Assembly: GCA_016700415.1 (NCBI GenBank)
Contig: CP065018.1
Coordinates: forward strand, 3,765,284-3,829,283
Direction of reading: 5' to 3'
Source: Flavobacteriales bacterium
GTDB lineage: Bacteria; Bacteroidota; Bacteroidia; Flavobacteriales_F; PHOS-HE28
Length of the DNA: 64,000 nucleotides
Each line of letters begins with the position of its first letter. The stretch's first letter is position 1. Positions 10,240 through 19,350 of the stretch are shown piece by piece. The position numbers were made by a program, and so were the translations under genes. The notes under the pieces are model-generated. The model was not told where the DNA came from, made no database searches, and saw only the letters and a list, made by a program, of their open reading frames with translations.

Positions 10240-10258
10240 ATGCTCAAAGCACTCCTTC
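10240..10258 (+). other. orphaned start codon and first six codons (MLKALL) of the T9SS cargo gene, separated from the rest of the gene by the IS3 insertion
   Basis: ATG at 10240 preceded by AGGAGA; deleting 10259..11527 (IS plus one TSD copy) joins in-frame to 11528 giving MLKALLPSLTNLATRAIPLALVAALAVKATAQ, a canonical signal peptide. Confidence 0.7.
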
Positions 10259-10313
10259 TGTAGTACTCCCCAAAAACTGGACAGGTAGCTAAGGTGGCTA
10301 AACTTGTCCAAGG

Positions 10314-10751
10314 ATGACCCGCAAAAGCAGAAGGAAGTTCACTCCCGCATTCAAGGCGCAAGTTGCGCTTGAGGCCGTGAAGGAGAACCATACGATGGCA
10401 GAGCTGGCGATGCGCTTTGAGATCGCACCAGCACAGATCGGCCAATGGAAGAAGCAGTTGGCGGAGAACGCCGCTGGGGTCTTTGAAGGGACCCCGACGG
10501 CGTCCTCCGCCATGCCAGGTGGTCACGACCCCGAAAAATTGTTCGCCGAGATCGGCAGGTTGAAAATGGAGAACGACTTGCTAAAAAAACGGTCCGATGA
10601 GCGTGGCACAAAAGCGGCATGCCATTGCCACCGTTCAGGAAGGCAGCATCATGGAGCGCTGCCGGGCGCTGGACCTTGCACGCAGCAGCTTCTACTATCA
10701 GCCCAAAGGAGAAAGCGCGTTGAACTTGGAATTGATGCGTTTGATGGATGA
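10314..10751 (+). CDS. IS3-family transposase OrfA (HTH); the track ORF reads through the frameshift site into non-native C-terminus
   Basis: MTRKSRRKFTPAFKAQVALEAVKENHTMAELAMRFEIAPAQIGQWKKQLAENAAGVFEG...LFAEIGRLKMENDLLKK; canonical OrfA ends near the A7 run (about 10590). Confidence 0.8.
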   Translation: MTRKSRRKFTPAFKAQVALEAVKENHTMAELAMRFEIAPAQIGQWKKQLAENAAGVFEGTPTASSAMPGGHDPEKLFAEIGRLKMENDLLKKRSDERGTKAACHCHRSGRQHHGALPGAGPCTQQLLLSAQRRKRVELGIDAFDG

Positions 10752-11495
10752 AGAGGACACCAAGCATTGCTTCCATGGGTGATCGGCATGCGCGACTTTC
10801 TGAGGCTTGAAAAGGGCTATTGGGTGAACGAAAAGCGGGTGCGCAGGCTCCTTCGGCTAATGGGCTTGGAGGCCGTTGCGCCCAAGCCTGACCTGAGCAA
10901 ACCCGCCAACGGGCATAGGGTCTATCCCTACTTGTTGAGAGGTGTGCAGATTGAAGCTCCGGGGCATGTTTGGAGCACCGACATCACCTACATCGCCATG
11001 GGCAAAGGGTTCCTGTATCTCACCGCCGTGATGGACTGGCACAGCCGCTACGTGCTCTCTTGGCAGATCAGCAACACCTTGGACACCTCCTTCTGTCTGG
11101 AAGCTTTGCATGGTGCGCTGTTGCAATATCCTGCACCAATGATCTTCAATACCGACCAAGGCAGCCAATACACCAGCGACCTCTTTACCGGGGCGTTGAT
11201 CCAGGAAGGCATCAAGGTGAGCATGGATGGCAAGGGCCGGGCTACGGACAATGCGTTCATCGAACGACTTTGGAGAAGCGTGAAGCAGCAATGCGTCTAT
11301 CGCCATAGCCCCGCCGATGGGAATGAGCTGCGCAGCCTTCTGGCCGAGTACTTCGCCTATTACAACCACCAACGACCACACCAGCACCTGGATGGACTGA
11401 CCCCGGCACACCTTTACTTTGGTCTGCCCGATACCCGGAACCGTACCCTGACACCAAACCTTGTTGAACCCCAATTCACACTAACAACCGCCTGA
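10585..11495 (+). pseudogene. IS3-family transposase OrfB (DDE integrase core), frame-disrupted
   Basis: OrfB N-terminal segment (ERCRALDLARSSFYYQPKGESALNLELMRLMDEEDTKHCFHG) lies in the +1 frame relative to OrfA and terminates at 10782; the catalytic core (WVIGMRDFLRLEKGYWVNEKRVRRLLRLMGL...DQGSQYTS...RPHQHLDGLTP) resumes in the OrfA frame from 10767, implying an extra indel near ttccatgggtgatcgg. Confidence 0.55.
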
Positions 11496-11532
11496 AACCT
11501 GTCCAGTAAATCGGGAGTACCTCATTCCTTCC

Positions 11533-12522
11533 TTGACAAACCTCGCCACTCGTGCAATCCCCTTGGCGCTTGTGGCTGCTCTCGCTGTGAAAGCGACGGC
11601 ACAAAACCTCGTTCCGAACCCGAGCTTCGAGGATACGGCCCGATGTAATGCGGAATACGACCCGGTGCTTTTATCTGCACCACCATGGTTCAAACCGACC
11701 ACCGCCTCTTCGGATATTTACGATAATGATCTTGAACAACTCTGCGGTATCGCATGGGATCCCGCGAATCCGGACGTTCAGGCCAGTGGTTTCCAATTTG
11801 CGCGAACAGGAACTCGCTTTGCAGGTGCCTTCCATTGGTTTGGTGCAAATAGTTCTGACTCGAAAGACTATTTTACCGTTAAGCTAACTGAGGCTCTGAT
11901 TGAGCAAACGGCCTACGACGTTTCGCTATACTACAGCCGAGCTGACGGATATGCCTTTGCCACAGACCGCATCAGTGTCTTTTTCGGGCCGGACAGTTTC
12001 TATGTGCATGATTACCGCACTTTGCATGTGCAGCCGCAAGTTGACTTGATGGACCCGAATAACGAGTACCTAACTAACGCAGAGGATTGGGTCCTGCTAA
12101 CGGGTTCATTTGTCGCAACGGGAGGCGAACGGTACATGACCATCGGTTCTTTCTTGGACAGTTCCCAAGTGAACGGCACGACCGCACCCACAGGAAATCT
12201 GCCATACGCCTATTACTACTATGATGACATTGCGGTGTCGCCAGTACATCAATCAGGTATCGATGAATTGGAATTTTCCGGAGCAGTAACGGGTGACGGC
12301 AACCTGCGGTTGATAGGATTGTCGGATGGCACCTATGTAGCGCGATTGATCGATCGAATTGGTCGGGTCATTCAAGAATTCAAACAAGTCCGCTCCATGG
12401 CAGGGCATGCGGACATCGCAATAGGGGACCAAGGCATGGCTCACGGGCTATACTTGGTATCGGTTGAGTCAAGCGAAGGGAGGGGGGCCACCCGGTTCGT
12501 TTATACCGGTAGGCGGCAATGA
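11533..12522 (+). pseudogene. T9SS-secreted protein gene (signal peptide, beta-rich body, C-terminal T9SS sorting domain) interrupted in codon 7 by the IS3 element
   Basis: Track ORF begins at TTG 11533 with partial signal peptide TNLATRAIPLALVAALAVKATAQ; C-terminus LRLIGLSDGTYVARLIDRIGRVIQEF...GLYLVSVESSEGRGATRFVYTG resembles T9SS type-A CTD; authentic start is upstream of the IS at 10240. Confidence 0.65.
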
Positions 12523-12540
12523 GCGTAACACCTCACAACA

Positions 12541-14854
12541 ATGAAGATCGCAATACTTTTGGCTGCTTTGGCCATTCTGGCGAGCACCTCAACTAAGGCA
12601 CAAGGGCCTCCGGACTGGAACACGATCGGTAACAATACTTTGAATCCGGTGACAAGTTTTTTGGGAAACACGGATGGCATTCCCATCAACTTTCGCACGA
12701 ACAACGTACTGCGGATGCGTCTCAACGAAAGCCTGCCCGGCCAGCCGGTGAACAACTTCCCGAACGTGGACCTGAGCGGTCACCTTGGGATCGGGGCGCC
12801 GGTGCCACCGCAAGCGCTGAGCTTTCTGCACATCAACAACAATGGCAGCTTTTTCGCGGGCTTCCGGCCGTGGATGCGCAGGGGTGAGCATGTCCGAGAA
12901 CACGGACTGGATGTACGTGGGTGCGAAGAACCAGGGCGAGGACCTCGTTGATGCCGTGATCAACTGGGGTGACAATAAGGAAGCCGACCCTACCTATGGT
13001 CCGGATGCGTTGCGTTTCATTTTCACGCGAACGATGAGCAACATCAATATCGCCTCCCAGATGGACGGATTGGAGTTGGCCCGTATCATTCCGGACCCCT
13101 CTGGGAATCAGGGTTACTTCGGCATTGGGGATTACTTCACCGCTGCGACGAACCCTTCGGAGCGGTTGGATGTGCTGAATGGCCGTGTGGCGATCCGGCA
13201 ATTGCCCACGGACCCGGTAAGCGCCAGCATGGAGGCCGTTGTCCTGAACACCACCACCGGCGTGCTGGAACACCGTCCGTTCCCCACCACCACCGGTGGC
13301 CCGGATTGTGATTGGACCCCGATCGCTGGTGCGATCAATGAACTCCGCACAGCGAATGCACCGGCAGGGACCGTGGGTGCTTGCCCTGATCAACGCTGGA
13401 AGGTACAGATCGGGACGCCATCGACCGCAGGGCCATACAGGCTAACAGTCGGGGTGAACCAGGTCACCTGTGCGAATTGTGGGATAACCGGAGGGACCAA
13501 TGTGGATGTTAAAGGTGATGGGGGCGGCAGTGTGAATGGTTCAAACATACTTGTAGAGTCCGCAACTTCCGGGTCCGCCAATCAGATCAAGGGGCTTAAA
13601 ATCGTGACCCGCAATGCGGGGTCGATCAACTACGGCATAGAGGTGGATGCGACGAACAATGTTGCGAATATAAGCAGCTCTGTTTATGGGGCATGGATCA
13701 AAGCAGTGAACCAAGCGGGAGGGAAAACCGCACAATTGTATGGCCTGCGTGGCAGTGCTGAGGCAACGGATGTTAATTCGGCTACACTTGCGAAGGGGGT
13801 GTGGGGTAGGGCGGTCAATGGGATTACAAACGATGGCTTACGTGGGGAAGCCACTGGAGGGAGCAGCTCCACAAACTATGGAGTTTACTCGGATGCCTCA
13901 AGTGGTGTGATGAACTATGGGTTGCATGCTAAAGGGTCCGGTGCCACGGGTTCCACCAACTATGGGGTCTGGACCTTAGGGCAAAACGGGACCACGAACT
14001 ATGGGGTCCTCGCAAATGCGATCGGTGGTGGGGGAAGCACCAACTATGGGGTCTGGGCCACCGCGTCGGGTGGGGCCACCAACTGGGCCGGGTACTTCAA
14101 AGGTCGAGTGATGATCACGGACTCGGCTTGGGTGCTGGGCAACCAGATCGTGACTTCGGACGCGAACCTGAAAACGAACGTGGAGGACCTTACCGGGGCA
14201 TTGGACAAGGTGTTGCAGATGCAGCCGAAAACGTATGAGTTCATTCAGGATGCTCTGCCACAGGCGCACCTGACCGAAGGGCCGCAAGTCGGCCTTATCG
14301 CTCAAGAACTGGAGCCCATCTTGCCGGAGGCCGTGGGGCATACCACAGTGCCTGCGGAACTGGACAGTCTGGGAGCGGAGATTTTTCCGGCCGTAGCGAT
14401 CGCGGGGATCGACTATAACAAAGTGACCCCGGTGTTGATCGGTGCGATCAAAGAGCAGCAAGCGATGATCGATCAGCAACAAGCCACCATTGCCCAACTC
14501 CAAGACCAGATCAACCATTGTTGCGCAACACAAGGTGATGCGGCCCAAAGAGGAAGTGCGGAACAAGGGTCCATGCCCCAGGAGAACGAACTCCAAGAGC
14601 AGCGCCTGTTGATCATCCCCAACCCGGTGGCGGACCTCACCACGTTGGAATACTACGTGCCCAAAGCGGGCAAGGTGAGCTTGCAGGTGAGCACCAGCGA
14701 TGGGAAGCCTTTGGCCACCTTGCGTGAGGAACTGGCCGAAACCGGTGCATACAACTACAGTTGGAACACCACCAAGTTGGCGGCGGGCACCTACTTCTGC
14801 ACCTTCATGCTGGACGGTGCCGTGGTGGTGAAGCGTGCGGTGAAGGTGAAGTGA
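12541..14854 (+). CDS. tail-fiber-like T9SS cargo protein with NYGV repeats, peptidase-S74-type intramolecular chaperone domain and T9SS C-terminal domain; apparent frameshift near 12850
   Basis: 12541 ORF gives signal peptide MKIAILLAALAILASTSTKAQ plus N-terminal region; switches frame (+1) to the 12842..14854 ORF; repeated STNYGV motifs; TSDANLKTNVEDL...GLIAQELEPILPEAV...IDYNKVTPVLIGAIKEQQAMIDQQQATIAQLQDQI (endosialidase-chaperone-like); C-terminal LLIIPNPVADLTTLEYYVP...GTYFCTFMLDGAVVVKRAVKV = T9SS CTD. Confidence 0.6.
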
Positions 14855-14948
14855 GAAGAACAGGATGCAAGTGACCGCAGGGTCCGCTGATCATCGGAGA
14901 TGATGGTTGGCGAGACCCTGCGGCTGCATGGGTTGCTTTTGCCAGCGT

Positions 14949-16505
14949 CTATGTCGTTTCCGCGATCGCCCGCGCCACTCGCAAACCGTCCATCGCAGCG
15001 CTGACGATACCTCCGGCATAGCCTGCACCTTCAGCACACGGGTACAACCCACGCACTTGCGGATGCTCCAGTGTTTCCAGATCGCGGGGAATGCGGACCG
15101 GCGAGCTGGTGCGCGATTCCACGGCCACCAGCACGGCCTCGTTGGTGCGGTAGCCGTGCATTTTTTCGCCGAAGGCTTTCAACCCTTCACGCAGACGGGA
15201 TGCGATCGCTTGGGGCAGCACCTCGTCCATTGTTGCGGGGACGATCCCCGGCGGGTAGCTGCACGCGGGAAGGTCAATGCTGAGGCGACGTCCGATAAAA
15301 TCCTCCATGCGTTGCGCGGGCGCGGACTGCCGCTCGCCGCCGAATTTCCAGGCGTTGCGTTCCAGGCTCTGCTGCCAGCGCAGGCCCGCCAAGGCGGCGT
15401 CCGGCCCTTTGCTTTCCGGGAGGTCCGCCGGGTCCACGGCCACCACGATGCCGCTGTTGGCGAAGGGATTGTTGCGCTTGCTGGGGCTCCAGCCGTTGGT
15501 GACCACCTCGCCGGGCGCGGTGGCGCAGGGCGCGATGATGCCGCCGGGGCACATGCAGAAGCTGTACACGCCGCGCCCTTCCACCTGCTGCACCACGCTG
15601 TAGCTGGCGGGCGGCAGGAAGGGGTCGCGGACGGTGCTGTGGTAGCGGATCCGGTCGATCACCGATTGCGGATGCTCGATGCGCACGCCCATGGCGAATG
15701 ACTTCGCCTCGATCGCGATGCCTTTGGCGTGAAGCAGCTCGAAGATGTCGCGGGCGGAATGGCCCGTGGCCAGCACCACCGAAGTGGCGAGGACCTCATC
15801 GCCCTGTGCCGTACGCACGCCGTGTATGCGACCGTCGGTGATCAGGAAGTCGTTCACGCGTGTGCCGAATCGCACTTCGCCGCCCGCCGCTTCAATGGCC
15901 TCGCGCATAGCGGTGACGATCTCGGGGAGCTTGTTGGTGCCGATGTGCGGATGGGCGTCCACGAGGATGTCCGGCGAGGCACCGAACGCGGTGAAGGTCT
16001 TCAGCACCGCCGCCACATCGCCGCGCTTGTCGCTGCGGGTATAGAGCTTACCGTCGCTGTAGGTGCCCGCGCCGCCTTCACCGAAGCAGTAATTGCTGTC
16101 GGGGTCCACCACGTGATCGCGGTTGATGGCGGCGAGGTCGCGGCGCCGTGCGCGGACGTCCTTGCCGCGCTCCAGAATGATGGGCCGTAGCCCGTGTTCG
16201 ATGCAGCCCAACGCCGCGAATAGGCCGGCAGGTCCGCAGCCCACGATGATCACGGGTTCCGCCTTGCTGACATCGGGCAGTTCCGGCGGTGCTTCCGGCA
16301 GTTCCGGGAATTCTTCTTCCGTGGAAACTTCCACACGCAAGCGCACCAAGGGAAGTTTGCTGCGCGCATCGATGGAGCGTTTCACCACGCGTGCGCCCTT
16401 TACTTGTTCAAGCTTCACCGAACAGGCTTCAGCGGCTGCTTCGCGCACCAGTGCCGGGTCGGCGGCCTCTTGCGGAGGAAGGGCGATGTCCACGGTGCGG
16501 TTCAT
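14949..16505 (-). CDS. FAD-dependent oxidoreductase (uncharacterized FAD-dependent dehydrogenase family)
   Basis: 518 aa; Rossmann dinucleotide motif VIIVGCGPAGLFAAL, ...VLATGHSARD..., C-terminal GLYPCAEGAGYAGGIVSAAMDG. Confidence 0.75.
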   Translation of the reverse strand: MNRTVDIALPPQEAADPALVREAAAEACSVKLEQVKGARVVKRSIDARSKLPLVRLRVEVSTEEEFPELPEAPPELPDVSKAEPVIIVGCGPAGLFAALGCIEHGLRPIILERGKDVRARRRDLAAINRDHVVDPDSNYCFGEGGAGTYSDGKLYTRSDKRGDVAAVLKTFTAFGASPDILVDAHPHIGTNKLPEIVTAMREAIEAAGGEVRFGTRVNDFLITDGRIHGVRTAQGDEVLATSVVLATGHSARDIFELLHAKGIAIEAKSFAMGVRIEHPQSVIDRIRYHSTVRDPFLPPASYSVVQQVEGRGVYSFCMCPGGIIAPCATAPGEVVTNGWSPSKRNNPFANSGIVVAVDPADLPESKGPDAALAGLRWQQSLERNAWKFGGERQSAPAQRMEDFIGRRLSIDLPACSYPPGIVPATMDEVLPQAIASRLREGLKAFGEKMHGYRTNEAVLVAVESRTSSPVRIPRDLETLEHPQVRGLYPCAEGAGYAGGIVSAAMDGLRVARAIAETT

Positions 16506-16608
16506 GGGGAAGACATGAGTCGGGAGTCTGGAGTCGTAAGTCCGACCGTCCGATCACCACTCCGCATTATCAGCGATCATCCGCTCTTTCAGCGTCATCT
16601 GCGTTCCA

Positions 16609-17340
16609 CTACCCTTCGAACGTGAACGTCAGCACATAGGTCTTGGTGCGGAGGCTCTGTATCGGTCTGCTGAATCGCGTGTCATCGTCCACCACTAAGT
16701 TTGGGATGCCGATGCCGGTCTTCAGCTCGATGCCGAACTTGAAGTAGGGGAGGAACATGTCGATACCGGCACCGGCCTCCGCGCTGTAGTCGTATTTTTT
16801 CAGTTTCACCACGATGTCCTCGTCGATGTCGTTATTCACGTCCTTCTTGCTGGCCATGTCGATGCCGAACTTGCCGCCACCGATCACATAGACCGCGAAG
16901 TTGTTGATGCGGTCGCTGCGGAATTTCAGCAGGAGCGGGAATTCGAGATAAGTGCTCTCGATGGGTTTCTGGAAGCTGGAGGTCGTGCCGTCCGCCTTGC
17001 GGAAGGAGTACTTAAGGATGCGGTCCTGGAAGGAGAGTGTGGGCAGGAAGCGCAGGCTGAGGTTGTTGGTCATGTTCAGCGAGGCCACGATGCCGAGGTT
17101 GAAACCGGGCTGCTTCACGTGGTCGATCACCAGCACGGAATCCGCGAAGGGCGCGGTGGGCTTCAGCGTCATGAAGAAGTCACTGGTGTTGTAGCTGAGC
17201 AGGAAGCCGAAGTGGAAGCGGTGCAGGTCGAAGTTGGGCAGGTTCTGGACCTTCACACCGGTGCGTTGGGCGGAAGCCGGGGCCGCGATGCAGAGGAGCA
17301 GGAGCGGAGCGAGGAGGTAGGAGAGCTTGAGGAAACGCAT
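16609..17340 (-). CDS. PorT-family outer-membrane beta-barrel protein
   Basis: MRFLKLSYLLAPLLLLCIAAPASAQ signal peptide then alternating-hydrophobic beta-strand pattern, C-terminal ...TYVLTFTFEG; start at 17338-17340 rather than track 17385. Confidence 0.6.
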   Translation of the reverse strand: MRFLKLSYLLAPLLLLCIAAPASAQRTGVKVQNLPNFDLHRFHFGFLLSYNTSDFFMTLKPTAPFADSVLVIDHVKQPGFNLGIVASLNMTNNLSLRFLPTLSFQDRILKYSFRKADGTTSSFQKPIESTYLEFPLLLKFRSDRINNFAVYVIGGGKFGIDMASKKDVNNDIDEDIVVKLKKYDYSAEAGAGIDMFLPYFKFGIELKTGIGIPNLVVDDDTRFSRPIQSLRTKTYVLTFTFEG

Positions 17341-17391
17341 CGGGTAAAGCAACGAAAGTAGCGGGCAATTCGTGCGTGGGCTCATTTGCGG

Positions 17392-17618
17392 CAGGGCTAT
17401 CGGGTCTTGAGCGCCCTGCGGGCGCCTAAGACCGCGTGTTCTTTACCACGGATGGACACGGATCAACACGGATCCAAGCCCCAAGGTCGATGAGCCTATG
17501 CTTAGGGATCCATTGCTCTGTGCTGTCCCTCATCCGTGTACATCCGTGTCCATCCGTGGTTCCTTGCATGCTGTGCGAAGCGCCGATAGGCGCGAGAAAT
17601 TAAGACCCGATAGCCCTG
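17392..17618. mobile_element. MITE-like non-autonomous element (227 bp) with perfect 17-bp terminal inverted repeats and 10-bp target-site duplication
   Basis: TIRs CAGGGCTATCGGGTCTT (17392-17408) and AAGACCCGATAGCCCTG (17602-17618); direct repeats TCATTTGCGG at 17382-17391 and 17619-17628; interior has inverted triple heptads (cacggat x3 / atccgtg x3); no ORF. Confidence 0.7.
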
Positions 17619-18335
17619 TCATTTGCGGGCCATGTACAGCGTGGCCACGCCGAAGGTGAGCAGGCGCGAATTGATCTCTTTTAGTCCACAGGTGTTCAGC
17701 ACTTCTTCAAAGGCTTTTCCCTGCGGGAACGCGTCCACACTTTCGGGCAGGTAGGTGTAGGCGGCGTTGTCCTTGCTTACCAAGCGGCCGATCAGCGGCA
17801 TCACCCGGTGGAAGTAGAAGCGGAACAATTGCTTAAAGGGCGTGCGTTGCGGCCTGCTGAACTCCAGCACGAAGAGCCTTCCACCGGGGCGTAATACGCG
17901 CACCATCCCGGCAATGCCCCGGGCGAGGTCCTCGAAGTTCCTAACGCCGAAGGCCACGGTGATCGCATCGAAGGAAGCGTCCGGAAAGGGAAGCTCCGCC
18001 GCATCGGCCTGTATGAGTTCGATACGGTCCGACAGGCCGGCTTTCTCCACCTTGGTGCGGCCATGGGCCAGCATGCCCGCCGAGATGTCCGCGCCGGTGA
18101 CGTGCTTGGCCACCGTGCTGCCCATGATGGCGAGGTCAGCGGTGCCGGTGGCCACATCCAGCAGGCGGTCCACGGGTTCCTTGCCCACGCCACGGATCAC
18201 TTTCCGGCGCCAGCCTTGGTCGGTACCCAATGAGCAGAGCCGGTTCAACAGATCGTACTTCGGAGAGATGCGGTCGAACATCAGTTCCACCTGCTCCCGC
18301 TTGGACCCTTCGGCCGCGTACGGTTTTACGGTCAT
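17619..18335 (-). CDS. menG: demethylmenaquinone/ubiquinone C-methyltransferase
   Basis: MTVKPYAAEGSKREQVELMFDRISPKYDLLNRLCSLGTDQGWRRK...LLDVATGTADLA... UbiE/MenG class I SAM MTase; start at 18333-18335 inside track ORF 17619..18491. Confidence 0.85.
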   Translation of the reverse strand: MTVKPYAAEGSKREQVELMFDRISPKYDLLNRLCSLGTDQGWRRKVIRGVGKEPVDRLLDVATGTADLAIMGSTVAKHVTGADISAGMLAHGRTKVEKAGLSDRIELIQADAAELPFPDASFDAITVAFGVRNFEDLARGIAGMVRVLRPGGRLFVLEFSRPQRTPFKQLFRFYFHRVMPLIGRLVSKDNAAYTYLPESVDAFPQGKAFEEVLNTCGLKEINSRLLTFGVATLYMARK

Positions 18336-19339
18336 GGCTTGCGGGCGGGTGTGCCCGGTCCTATGCGTTCGGCCTCCGCCGTCAACCGGGCGAGGTCCAC
18401 GGGTACCACGCCCACATGCTCGCAGACCAGCCCGCCGGCGAGGTTCGCCCATGCGGCGATCTCCGCGAGCGGCATTCCCATGGCCAAGCACAGGCCGGCC
18501 ACCGCGATCACGGTATCGCCGGCGCCACTGACATCGATGATGTTCCGCTTGTGCGCGGGCAGCAAGATCTCTTCACCCGGACCATGCGCGAACACGCCGT
18601 GCTCACTGAGGGTGATCAAGGAGGCCTTGTTCGCCAAGCGCGCTTCCAGCATGCGGACGGCTGCGCCCACCGCGGCCTTGTCACCGGCCGGGATGTCCAC
18701 CTTCAGGCCATCGCGCAATTCCTTCAGGTTGGGTTTGAAGAGGTCCACCTCGCGGTAATCGAAGAAGTGCCTGCGTTTGGGGTCCACGGCCACGGGGATG
18801 CCGATGCGGTGCGCCTCGGTGATGAGGCCTGCGATCACGCCCGGGGAAAGCACGCCTTTGTCGTAATCCTCGAGGATCAGCACGCCCGGCTTCTCCTTCC
18901 GCATCAGTTCGAAGACGTGGTGCAGGAAGCGGCGTTCCTCTTCCGCGGAAAGGTCGCTCAGGGTCTCCTCATCCACACGTACCACATGCTGGTCGCCGCT
19001 GATGATGCGCGTCTTCACGGTGGTGCGTCGATCGGAAGAGCGCAGGATCCCATCGCTGGAAAGACCTTCCTCGGCAAAGATCCGGGCCAGATCTTCGGCA
19101 TGGGCATCCTCTCCGATAACGCTGGCCACGATGGCTTTGGCACCGAGAGCGCGGATGTTCAGGGCCACGTTGGCGGCGCCGCCGAGGCGGGCACTGCGGC
19201 GGCCCACCTGCACCACGGGCACGGGCGCTTCGGGGCTGATGCGGTCCACGCGCCCCCAGAGGTAGGCGTCCAGCATCACATCGCCCACCACCAGTGCGGT
19301 GATGCTTTTGAAGCCGTTTGTGATCTCTTTTGGGGTCAT
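18332..19339 (-). CDS. stand-alone D-glycero-beta-D-manno-heptose-7-phosphate kinase (HldE/RfaE domain I, PfkB family)
   Basis: ALVVGDVMLDAYLWGRVDRISPEAPVPVVQVGRRSARLGGAANVALNIRALGA... colinear with E. coli HldE kinase domain; DVSGAGDTVIAVAG PfkB motif. Confidence 0.8.
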   Translation of the reverse strand: MTPKEITNGFKSITALVVGDVMLDAYLWGRVDRISPEAPVPVVQVGRRSARLGGAANVALNIRALGAKAIVASVIGEDAHAEDLARIFAEEGLSSDGILRSSDRRTTVKTRIISGDQHVVRVDEETLSDLSAEEERRFLHHVFELMRKEKPGVLILEDYDKGVLSPGVIAGLITEAHRIGIPVAVDPKRRHFFDYREVDLFKPNLKELRDGLKVDIPAGDKAAVGAAVRMLEARLANKASLITLSEHGVFAHGPGEEILLPAHKRNIIDVSGAGDTVIAVAGLCLAMGMPLAEIAAWANLAGGLVCEHVGVVPVDLARLTAEAERIGPGTPARKP

Positions 19340-19350
19340 GGGCTAATGGT

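Larger units (their letters stand above)
10259..11524. mobile_element. IS3-family insertion sequence (1266 bp) with TG...CA termini and 3-bp TSD TTC
   Basis: Left IR TGTAGTACTCCCCAAAAACTGGACAGGT (10259-) vs right ...ACCTGTCCAGTAAATCGGGAGTACCTCA (-11524); flanking TTC at 10256-58 and 11525-27; OrfA/OrfB with A7 slippery run at 10583-10589. Confidence 0.8.
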
